This document shows positions 51,601 through 59,301 of a stretch of DNA of 64,000 bases, piece after piece. The DNA is taken from the IMG/VR virus record IMGVR_UViG_3300020050_009209; one strand, written 5' to 3'. Numbering within the stretch: the first letter of the stretch is position 1; every line of letters starts with the position of its first letter. Below the pieces are notes generated by a model. It was not told the DNA's origin, did no database searches, and saw only the letters and a list, made by a program, of their open reading frames with translations. The translations under genes were made by a program, and so were the position numbers. The stretch is from a virus (lineage: Duplodnaviria; Caudoviricetes).

Positions 51601-51679
51601 GGGGTTGTCCGGCTGGGACCGGAAGATGTCTGTAAAACAACTGGTTATACCTAACTAGGTTCAATTCCTAGCAGCCCCA
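51601..51679 (+). tRNA. tRNA-Tyr(GTA), atypical D arm
   Basis: GGGGTTG/CAGCCCC; loop CTGTAAA; GTTCAATTC. Confidence 0.7.
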
Positions 51680-51743
51680 CTGGAAAACAAGGAAAGTCAT
51701 GAAACAGAAGTCCATGCCCGTGAAAGACGGGCCAAAACAATAC

Positions 51744-51815
51744 GGGGTGTTAGCATCAAGGTGATGCAGGGAGCTTTTAACTCCACAGAGGCCGGTTCGA
51801 TTCCGGTGCGCCCCA
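51744..51815 (+). tRNA. tRNA-Lys(TTT)
   Basis: Cloverleaf; loop CTTTTAA. Confidence 0.88.
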
Positions 51816-51833
51816 CTCCAGCTTTGCTGGTAT

Positions 51834-51908
51834 AGGTGCGTAGTGGTTAACGGTTAACACACTCGACTCTTAATCGATGAAATGCGGGTTCGATTCCCGC
51901 CGCACCTA
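51834..51908 (+). tRNA. tRNA-Lys(CTT)
   Basis: Cloverleaf; loop CTCTTAA. Confidence 0.88.
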
Positions 51909-51915
51909 CGATTCT

Positions 51916-51986
51916 TCCGGATTCGCCTAATGGTAAGGCAGTGGTTTCTGATGCCACCCACGAGAGTTCGATTCTCTCATCCGGGA
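51916..51986 (+). tRNA. tRNA-Gln(CTG)
   Basis: Cloverleaf; loop TTCTGAT. Confidence 0.88.
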
Positions 51987-51990
51987 CTAG

Positions 51991-52037
51991 GACCTACGAA
52001 AGTAGGTCTAGCCTAATTAGGCGAAGTTCTTTGACAA
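51991..52037 (+). promoter_or_regulatory. boxB/boxA-like antitermination element
   Basis: GAAA-loop hairpin followed by GTTCTTTGACAA. Confidence 0.45.
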
Positions 52038-52042
52038 TCTAA

Positions 52043-52236
52043 CAGGACCTTGAGTGACTACACTGACGAGTTTAGGCTCGTGAAGCAGTTAGCCGTGATC
52101 GACTCCCGATTATACTGGGGGGCTACAGCGACTAGTATGTGAGTGTGTTGCTCTCTCCTGCTACAAATGAAGTGAAACCTGACCTAGGCCTCACAAGGGC
52201 ACGGGTTGGGTTAGGTAGGGGGTTGTGAGCCCCCTA
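52043..52236 (+). ncRNA. candidate structured RNA(s)
   Basis: Long closing stem plus a kissing-hairpin pair. Confidence 0.5.
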
Positions 52237-52241
52237 ATTTT

Positions 52242-52314
52242 TCCGACGTAGCTCAGTTGGTAGAGCGCTCGCCTGTTAAGCGATTGGTCCTGGGTTCGAG
52301 TCCCGGCGTCGGAG
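52242..52314 (+). tRNA. tRNA-Asn(GTT)
   Basis: Canonical cloverleaf. Confidence 0.93.
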
Positions 52315-52367
52315 CTAACATTGAAGTCTGCTAGGGTGGGTAATCTTCTTGTTACGCACACCTTCAT

Positions 52368-53090
52368 GTGAAGCCTAGTAGAGCTAAGTATCTGAATTGG
52401 GTTGTAGCTGAAAGTAGACGTAAGCTGAAACTCAAGGCAATTGAGTACAAAGGGGGTCAGTGTACCCAATGTGGTTACTCAAAATGTGTAGCTAGTCTTC
52501 AATTCCACCATCTGGACCCAACAAAGAAGGACTTCCAAATTGGAGGGACCCTGAGATCCTGGCTTAAGCTAAAGGTAGAGTTAGACAAGACAATCCTACT
52601 GTGTGCCAACTGCCATGGAGAGCACCACTACAAGGATGTCATTCAAAATAGCTTGAAACAAGAGACGGAGGTGCGGTTAGTTACTCCTGCAAGAGTTCCA
52701 TCTAAGTGCGGTATGGTAGCTCACTACATCAAAGGGTGTCGATGTTCTCTCTGTAGGGAGGCAAACGCAAAACGACATAGAGATTATGTCTTGAAGCGTA
52801 AGGGGAAGTCTCAGACTGTAGAGTACGCTGGCTGTAAAGTCGTGGGTGAGCAAGAAAAAGACTTACATACCTCCGTTAGGTATGTGGATTGGCCCTCAGA
52901 TGGAGAATTGAAGGCTTTGATTTGGGTTAAACCTGCTACCTCCTTAGCGAAGGAGATCGGGGTATCCTCGGTAGCGATAAAGAAGAGATGCAAACTTAGA
53001 GGAATCGAAACCCCTCCGAGAGGGTATTGGTCCAAAGTACACAAAAGTGCGTCGAGGCCTACTAATTTGAATGTAGTTATGCCAACTTAG
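52368..53090 (+). CDS. HNH endonuclease with C-terminal HTH
   Basis: C..CGY..C...L.FHH.D...LLCANCH..H. Confidence 0.88.
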   Translation: MKPSRAKYLNWVVAESRRKLKLKAIEYKGGQCTQCGYSKCVASLQFHHLDPTKKDFQIGGTLRSWLKLKVELDKTILLCANCHGEHHYKDVIQNSLKQETEVRLVTPARVPSKCGMVAHYIKGCRCSLCREANAKRHRDYVLKRKGKSQTVEYAGCKVVGEQEKDLHTSVRYVDWPSDGELKALIWVKPATSLAKEIGVSSVAIKKRCKLRGIETPPRGYWSKVHKSASRPTNLNVVMPT

Positions 53091-53154
53091 TCATCGTGGG
53101 ATGACGCCCGTTTCGTAATCGGGAATAAGGCGAGTTCAACTCTCGCAGTTGGCT
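53081..53154 (+). tRNA. tRNA-Thr(CGT)
   Basis: GCCAACT/AGTTGGC; loop TTCGTAA; overlaps the HNH stop. Confidence 0.85.
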
Positions 53155-53231
53155 CTATTCTGCGTTGCTTCTTCTTTCCCCCCTTAGCCTACATGTAGTA
53201 CGAGGGTAGATGGCAGAGATAGCGTAGGAGT

Positions 53232-53300
53232 GCGGTTGTCCGTAAGGTTCGGCCTGTCGTTGCCAACGACAGGTAGGTGGTTCGATTCCACTCGATCGCT
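53232..53300 (+). tRNA. tRNA-Gly(GCC), short D arm
   Basis: Loop TTGCCAA; U73. Confidence 0.78.
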
Positions 53301-53303
53301 CTG

Positions 53304-53375
53304 TGCAGGAAGGGACGGTCCCGGTCAGGCCTCATAAGCCAGACTCTCTAAGTTCAATTCTTAGTCCTGCTCCCA
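53304..53375 (+). tRNA. tRNA with CAT anticodon (Met/Ile2), minimal D loop
   Basis: Loop CTCATAA; 1:72 mismatch; encoded CCA. Confidence 0.7.
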
Positions 53376-53544
53376 ACGTTTCGGTGTAGGTGTCCTAGTG
53401 CAAACGTTTTTACCCTATGCAGACTACCAGAAGTTCTTTGACGAGCCTCTAGACCTACCTTATGTGTGGCCATCTGCAAGGCTCTGAACTTTTCGGTTAA
53501 AGTTTTCCCTGATGGTACGTAGGTTACGGTGTAAGACACGATAC

Positions 53545-53630
53545 GGAGAGTGCCCTAGGCAATGGAAGCCTTAGCTGACTGTAAATCAGTGGCCCTCAAG
53601 CAAGTGGTTCGATTCCACCACTCTCCACCA
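53545..53630 (+). tRNA. tRNA-Tyr(GTA)
   Basis: Loop CTGTAAA; long variable arm; ACCA end. Confidence 0.85.
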
Positions 53631-53848
53631 GACTTGACTCAAGTAGTGGCTAATAACCACTGAAAAGGTTACCACTGGTTGTAAGTCAAGTCTCTAACTC
53701 CCATAACTCCCCTACCCTATGACAACGAAAGTTCGAGGGATCAAATAGTGGAGCGACGGAAGCTCACTGGTCCTTGAGTTGAAATGTTCGGACTACCCTC
53801 ACGGAAGGGTTGTAATGTCTCTGGTACCGTGCTCTACTAGAGACAAAT

Positions 53849-53930
53849 GCGAAGGTGGCGAAACTGGCAGACGCAACGGATTTAGGTTCCGTCGAGTAAA
53901 ATCGTGAGGGTTCAACTCCCTTCCTTCGCA
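53849..53930 (+). tRNA. tRNA-Leu(TAG)
   Basis: Class II cloverleaf. Confidence 0.92.
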
Positions 53931-53932
53931 CA

Positions 53933-54031
53933 GAGTGTGGTGGTAGTAGCTGCGGCTGACGCCAGCGATATGGTTCAAAGGCCTTTGAACCATATGACTA
54001 GACTCAGTAAAACTCTGAGCCCACCACACTC
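53933..54031 (+). ncRNA. cloverleaf-like non-tRNA element
   Basis: 11-bp closing stem and three arms. Confidence 0.5.
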
Positions 54032-54051
54032 CAGCACTAAGTTACTTTCTC

Positions 54052-54134
54052 GCTCAAGTGGTGGAATGGCAGACACAGCAGGCTCAGAACCTGCCGCCTT
54101 TAGTGGTGTAGGGGTTCAAGTCCCCTCTTGAGCA
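54052..54134 (+). tRNA. tRNA-Leu(CAG)
   Basis: Class II cloverleaf. Confidence 0.92.
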
Positions 54135-54368
54135 CAAAGAGCTACGGTGAAAACGTATCAACGTAGCTCTTAGATGTCAGAGTCCCGGCTAGGAGTCCGG
54201 CAAAAAGATACTCGGTAAGTATGGCAAACGAGGGGTCCCCAAGCTCCTTGCCCGTTCGACACGGGATAATACGAGTGGGCGTTTGAGGTGTGTCGCAACA
54301 CGCTGATATCGAACCTTTGGTCCATCTAGGAGAGCGGTTCAAGATCTACTTATCGCTTACGCCTAAGT

Positions 54369-54827
54369 ATGGGTCATCCTCGAAAAACCAGAACTTTGTG
54401 TCAGATCTGCGGGAAACTTGTAGCTAACTTGAGATCTACGTTCTGCTCGAACGTCTGTCAGAATGAATCTCAGTATCGCTCGTTCATTGAGCGTTGGAGA
54501 TTAGGACAGGAGATTGGTAACAAAAGTTCCGGTCGAACCCTTCAAGTATCAAGTCATATTCGCCGTTACCTCCGAGAGAAGTTTGGAGATCGCTGCACGA
54601 AATGCGGATGGGCTGAGCGGCACCCTACAACGAAGCGGATCCCTCTTAACGTTGAGCATATCAACGGAGACCCATTTGACTCCTCAGAGGGTAATCTCAC
54701 GCTACTTTGTCCAAATTGTCATTCTTTGACCGTTACATTTGGGATTCTGAATCGCGGACGTGGTAGAACAAGTCGACATGGGGCTGTCGTCCAACGGGAG
54801 GACATGAGACTGGCAGTCTCAGAATAA
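54369..54827 (+). CDS. HNH endonuclease
   Basis: CTKCGW...VEHINGD....NL.LLCPNCH. Confidence 0.9.
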   Translation: MGHPRKTRTLCQICGKLVANLRSTFCSNVCQNESQYRSFIERWRLGQEIGNKSSGRTLQVSSHIRRYLREKFGDRCTKCGWAERHPTTKRIPLNVEHINGDPFDSSEGNLTLLCPNCHSLTVTFGILNRGRGRTSRHGAVVQREDMRLAVSE

Positions 54828-54850
54828 GGGTTCGATTCCCTTCAGCTCCA
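54780..54850 (+). tRNA. tRNA-Ala(GGC)
   Basis: G3:U70; loop CTGGCAG; overlaps the HNH 3' end. Confidence 0.88.
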
Positions 54851-55062
54851 CTCTTGAACGATAGGATCAAGGAGACCGCCCCCTTGCCAGGGAGTCGCCG
54901 AGTAGGCTGGAAGTGCATGGGTCATATCTATGCTCGTTCAAGAATCATCAAACTCCAACTGGAGCAATGGAATGCAAGGGGCAGGTACCCTTTCATGAAG
55001 GTGTTAAATAGGTGTACGGAAGGCTTAACCGTACCCTGGGAGTCCAGTTTAAGCCTGTTTTC

Positions 55063-55137
55063 GGCCCCATAGACTACTGGCGCATAGGTCGGCAACCTCT
55101 CACGTTGCAGGACCGGGATCGATACCCGGTGGGGTCA
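55063..55137 (+). tRNA. tRNA-Glu(CTC)
   Basis: Loop CTCTCAC; variant T-loop ATCGATA. Confidence 0.85.
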
Positions 55138-55164
55138 CTAAAGATTGGATACAGTACCTGAGCT

Positions 55165-55422
55165 ATGCTAGTGCAGGTCCAAGTAGGTAGGTTCAAGATC
55201 TCCTTTTCAGGCTCCGAGTTGTACTACATGACCTTCGAGTGTGTGGACTACAATGGGGTCATTCTTGCAGACTCTACGCAGAGGTATGAGGTTCTGAACG
55301 GGGCTCTTGGGGAGAGGTTACTCATTACACGGAAACATGAGTTTGGTTTCTGCCAAGACCTACCCTTTCACCTGGGTACTGCCCACTTCCTCCCAAAAGG
55401 AGTGACTGTCGATTTAAGTTAA
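55165..55422 (+). CDS. hypothetical protein
   Basis: ATG ORF between RNA genes. Confidence 0.45.
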   Translation: MLVQVQVGRFKISFSGSELYYMTFECVDYNGVILADSTQRYEVLNGALGERLLITRKHEFGFCQDLPFHLGTAHFLPKGVTVDLS

Positions 55423-55452
55423 GACCTGGGTCCTACTTGACGTAGGCACCTA

Positions 55453-55793
55453 AGACAGGTAAACCACCTACGTTAACTAGGTAGGTGCTGACCGAACCAG
55501 AAGAGTGGTTTCATTCTGGTGTAGATGGAGGTCTTAGTGCCTCTCGGGACAACGGACATCTAGGGTTATGGCTGGTCTGAAATGGTGGGGAGTTCCCCAA
55601 GAAAGACTATCCTGTACCGCTACCTCTAGAGGTAGTAACTAGATGTTGTCAGTGTGAAACCAGAACTCCCTCTCTTCACGAGAGAGCCTTGAAGGATGCG
55701 GACGGGGAAAGTAACGCGGTCAAGACAACTTTCTTGTAATCAGGCGTAGGTACGGCCTGAGTCTCCTAAGGGAGTACGAATAACGACCTGTTT
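55453..55793 (+). ncRNA. candidate ~340-nt structured RNA
   Basis: Own class I promoter at 55419-55444; paired 5'/3' ends; many hairpins; pseudoknot. Confidence 0.6.
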
Positions 55794-55862
55794 TGCAGGG
55801 AGGGACGGTCCCGACTGGGCCTCATAAGCCTAGTTCTGTTGGTTCAATTCCAGCCTCTGCAC
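55794..55862 (+). tRNA. tRNA with CAT anticodon, minimal D loop
   Basis: Paralog of 53304-53375. Confidence 0.72.
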
Positions 55863-55868
55863 CTTTCT

Positions 55869-55941
55869 GGTCCTGTCTGCTAGCGGTTAGGCAACCGGCT
55901 TTTCACGCCGTGTAACACGGGTTCGAGTCCCGTCAGGATCA
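55869..55941 (+). tRNA. tRNA-Glu(TTC)
   Basis: Loop TTTTCAC. Confidence 0.88.
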
Positions 55942-55948
55942 CTAGTCT

Positions 55949-56668
55949 CTAGGGTTGTCGTACAGGGTAGTTGTGTTTTTTAGGTGCGAACCCTAGCTTA
56001 CGTCTCAGGTACTTCTTTACTGCCGTATCTGATACTCCTAGTTTTGCAGCCACAGCTACATAAGAGGTACGAGTAACTTCTTCTAGTAATTGCTCAGGAG
56101 GGGGCCAATTGGTTTTGGTCTCAAGGTATAGACCTGCACATTTCATACACCTATTACCTCCTTTGGTTACAGGGGTGTCACAATGTACGCAGCGAGAGGT
56201 TACTGAACGGTACCGACTCGGTAGGTTCTTACCAGTGAAGGTTTTGGTTTGAGTGTGGCAGTTAGGGCAAAGAATTCGTAGGTTGTCTATACGATTATCC
56301 GAAGAATCACCGTTAATGTGGTCTAGCTGAAGGGTTAGGTCTTTACCATTCCAGCTGGGCTCAAGTTTACACTCGAAGCATTGATTCCTCAGAAGGCCTG
56401 CTCGAAGGACCTTAGTCTTTAAGTAGGAGCTACCAATAGCACTCCCAAGTGTTAGGTACTCCTCTAAGGACTTGGCCCTTGGTGAGATAGAGGACCCATG
56501 TGACCTACCACGGAAGTGGGTGGTGTCTAGTCCAAGTGACTTGATACGCGCCCCAACAAACTTGTAGTTACCTGGGCTAGTGGATAAGCCAAGCTCTCTC
56601 AGAGTTCCAGCCATCGTGATGTTGGAAATTACAGCCACTGTTAGTTCATCGTCGGACCAAGATCTCAT
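55949..56668 (-). CDS. HNH endonuclease with C-terminal HTH
   Basis: LQLDHINGDSSDNRIDNLRILCPNCH. Confidence 0.92.
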   Translation of the reverse strand: MRSWSDDELTVAVISNITMAGTLRELGLSTSPGNYKFVGARIKSLGLDTTHFRGRSHGSSISPRAKSLEEYLTLGSAIGSSYLKTKVLRAGLLRNQCFECKLEPSWNGKDLTLQLDHINGDSSDNRIDNLRILCPNCHTQTKTFTGKNLPSRYRSVTSRCVHCDTPVTKGGNRCMKCAGLYLETKTNWPPPEQLLEEVTRTSYVAVAAKLGVSDTAVKKYLRRKLGFAPKKHNYPVRQP

Positions 56669-56723
56669 GTATGAGCGTCCCCATAGATGAACTATCGATT
56701 CCGGTTCGATTAGAAGAAAATCA

Positions 56724-56799
56724 GCTTGATTAGCTCAGTTGGTAGAGCGCGATCCTGAAGAGATCGGCGTCGGGAGTTCGATTCTCTCATCAAGCACCA
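56724..56799 (+). tRNA. tRNA-Phe(GAA)
   Basis: Canonical; ACCA end. Confidence 0.93.
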
Positions 56800-56860
56800 C
56801 ACCTAAGAAGCGAGGAGATCCCTGTGTCTCTGATCAAGACACTAGTTTCTAGGTGTACCT

Positions 56861-56932
56861 GCTCTCTGACGCGACTGGAGTCGCGGACCCCCTGTCTCGG
56901 GGCTGAGACGAGTTCGATCCTCGTAGAGAGCG
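56861..56932 (+). tRNA. tRNA-Asp(GTC), variant loop
   Basis: Loop CTGTCTC; G73. Confidence 0.75.
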
Positions 56933-57043
56933 CTAGTGGTGGTTCATTTATGTACTTAACGATGTTCTCGACGAGATAGTCACAGGCTTTCGGACGCGAC
57001 AACATCAACCACCACGTTAACCTTTTGGGTTCTGAGCTAGTTT

Positions 57044-57116
57044 GCCCTTGTACGCATCTGGTTGAGGCGAGCGGATTGTCGATCCGTCGAGGTGGGTTCG
57101 ATTCCCATCAGGGGCG
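57044..57116 (+). tRNA. tRNA-Asp(GTC)
   Basis: Loop TTGTCGA; G73. Confidence 0.82.
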
Positions 57117-57285
57117 CTGCATCTGAAGAGATAGGGGTGCGCACCCTGCCGTCGATACATCTGGACTTCGGCTATCTCTAGATGCTCAATTTTGAGTGTG
57201 TTGGGTTCTAATCCCACTTTGGCGAGCTGATGAGGCTTCGGGTCCAGCCAGGGTTATGCGTCATGCATCGCATCAAATTCAATAT

Positions 57286-57359
57286 CGGTGTGTAGCTCAA
57301 TCTGGTAGAGCGCTCCGTTCGGGACGGAGAGGCTGGAAGTTCAAATCTTCTCATACCGA
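57286..57359 (+). tRNA. tRNA-Pro(CGG)
   Basis: Canonical. Confidence 0.92.
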
Positions 57360-57409
57360 CTGGTTCTGATGTCTGGTCCCCCGCCAGTCCATTAAGTTTT
57401 TATGCCAGC

Positions 57410-58105
57410 ATGGTGGGTATGACCCCAATAGTATCCACGTCCTACGACGGCTCAGCTAGGAGACTTTGGTTAAAGTCCTGTATGGTGTGCAGTAAAGACT
57501 TTTACCTACCTAAGCATCGACTGCTAGGCTCTCGTTCTTGTTCCAGGGTTTGTGCAGCTAAAGCCAGAGCTGATAGAAATCGGCAAGCTGGGCATACCGT
57601 TGAGGTTGTATGCACTCAGTGTTCTAGATCCTTTAGTCGTAAGGCTGCACACGCTAAAAGAGTAGGTACCACATTTTGCAATCAGACGTGTCGATGGCAG
57701 CATAGGAAAACACAACAGCCTACTAAGCTATGCCTTCAGTGTGGGGTTGCAGGTACTTCTAAGTACTGTCCAAAGTCTAGTTGTCGATCTCAGTTTCAGT
57801 TTGAGGCTTACATTGCGCGTTGGAAGTTAGGGTTAGAAACTGGAAACGAAGGGGCCTTAACAGCTGGGGCTATATCTCCCTATGTTCGTAGGTACTGCCT
57901 TGAGTTAGCTGGTAACCAATGCTCAGAGTGTGGGTGGGCTAAAGTCAACTCTGTCACAGGGAAGATACCACTAACGATTGACCACATAAATGGTGACTCT
58001 GCCGACTCTAGGCAATCTAACCTTAGAGTTTTGTGCCCAAGTTGCCACTCACTTACGCCTACCTATGGGTCTCTTAATCGAGGTAAGGGTAGAGTTCGAC
58101 GTTAA
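57410..58105 (+). CDS. HNH endonuclease with N-terminal Zn-finger repeats
   Basis: TIDHINGD....NLRVLCPSCH. Confidence 0.9.
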   Translation: MVGMTPIVSTSYDGSARRLWLKSCMVCSKDFYLPKHRLLGSRSCSRVCAAKARADRNRQAGHTVEVVCTQCSRSFSRKAAHAKRVGTTFCNQTCRWQHRKTQQPTKLCLQCGVAGTSKYCPKSSCRSQFQFEAYIARWKLGLETGNEGALTAGAISPYVRRYCLELAGNQCSECGWAKVNSVTGKIPLTIDHINGDSADSRQSNLRVLCPSCHSLTPTYGSLNRGKGRVRR

Positions 58106-58146
58106 AGGTTGACTGGGTGAGTACGTAAGGTAGGGTGAGGGTTCGC

Positions 58147-58218
58147 TCGGGTATCGTCCATCGGTTAAGACGACTGACTTTGAATCAGTAGAGCGTGGTT
58201 CGATTCCACGTGCCCGAA
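58147..58218 (+). tRNA. tRNA-Gln(TTG)
   Basis: Loop CTTTGAA; class I promoter at 58102-58127. Confidence 0.9.
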
Positions 58219-58291
58219 CTAGGAATAATTATGCATGTGTACTCTCAGGGTAGACGGTAAGTCAGTCGAGTCCGATACGAAGTGAATTTTC

Positions 58292-58364
58292 GGGGCTGTA
58301 GCTCATTTGGTAGAGCGCCTGGTTTGCATCCAGGATGTGGGGGGTTCGAATCCCTTCAGCTCCA
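58292..58364 (+). tRNA. tRNA-Ala(TGC)
   Basis: Canonical; G3:U70. Confidence 0.94.
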
Positions 58365-58366
58365 CT

Positions 58367-58465
58367 TCAACACATGAGGTGGTCGTGGGAGGCATCCCCT
58401 ACGAGGTTCGATTCCTCAATTTGCCTGGTGGTTAAATGAAGCCGTTCGACTCGGCAATGTGTTGA
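58367..58465 (+). ncRNA. tRNA-mimic with two T-arms
   Basis: 9-bp closing stem; two GTTCGA T-loop hairpins. Confidence 0.6.
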
Positions 58466-58468
58466 TCT

Positions 58469-58544
58469 AGGGTACGACGAGCTGGTTGCTCTTGAAATCC
58501 TGATAAGATTTCTGTGCTGGGTTCGATTCCCAGGTGCCCTACCA
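58469..58544 (+). tRNA. tRNA-Ile(GAT)
   Basis: Loop CTGATAA; ACCA end. Confidence 0.8.
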
Positions 58545-58587
58545 TTAGCGCGAGTGGTTAATCGACTTATGTCTTACCTTGGGGGGT

Positions 58588-59301
58588 ATGGTATCGATTA
58601 ATAGCACCCCTTACGCTCAACGCACTACCGCCCATAAAAAGGCGAACTCATTAGCAGTGTCCACCTTTAGACTTAGGCTTAAGGCCAGGGCAGTGGAGTA
58701 TAAAGGTGGTTGTTGTGTGGTATGTGGGTACTCAAAGTGCGTGTCGGCCCTACACTTCCACCATATTGACGAAAGTGCTAAGGACTTTACAATAGGTAGG
58801 AACTTACGCTCTTGGGAGAAACTTAAACTTGAGCTAGATAAGTGTGAGTTGATTTGTGCCAACTGCCATGCTGAGGTACATGCTCAAAAAGACGCAGAGA
58901 GTCTGAGGGTACGTAAGGTTGAGGTACTTAAGTTATTAGGGGCTCCTAAACTAGCCCCAGAGCATGGGCTACGCGGGTACACCAAAGGTTGCAGGTGTGA
59001 CGTTTGTAGGTTAGCTAACAGCGTAAGCGTAAGTAACTACCGAGAGAGACAGAAACTAGGAAAATCTAAACCTAGGAAGCCATCAATCAGACCTACTCGG
59101 ATAACTTGGCCATCCACTGAGGAACTAGCTCGAATGGTTAGAGAGTCCCCCACTGCTTCAGTGGCTAGTAAGCTTGGTGTGTCTGGGGTTGCGGTGAGAA
59201 AAAGATGTCTAAAGCTCGGAATTAAAACAACCCCACGAGGAGGTTGGGGGCACAACCAGTACTCAGAGTTACCATCAAATCCCACTAGGGTCGCGAAGTA
59301 G
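58588..59301 (+). CDS. HNH endonuclease, paralog of 52368..53090
   Basis: AVEYKGG..CGYSKC...HFHHID...ICANCH. Confidence 0.88.
   Translation: MVSINSTPYAQRTTAHKKANSLAVSTFRLRLKARAVEYKGGCCVVCGYSKCVSALHFHHIDESAKDFTIGRNLRSWEKLKLELDKCELICANCHAEVHAQKDAESLRVRKVEVLKLLGAPKLAPEHGLRGYTKGCRCDVCRLANSVSVSNYRERQKLGKSKPRKPSIRPTRITWPSTEELARMVRESPTASVASKLGVSGVAVRKRCLKLGIKTTPRGGWGHNQYSELPSNPTRVAK

Noticed and set aside
52063-52090. CTGACGAG as a hammerhead ribozyme core
   Set aside because: No GAAA after stem II and no matching stems I/III
55453-55793. tmRNA, RNase P RNA or group I intron
   Set aside because: No tRNA-Ala-like ends, no correctly ordered P4 consensus, and no convincing P7 elements or interrupted exon
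57227-57250. CTGATGAG hammerhead-like motif
   Set aside because: Downstream GAAA core is absent
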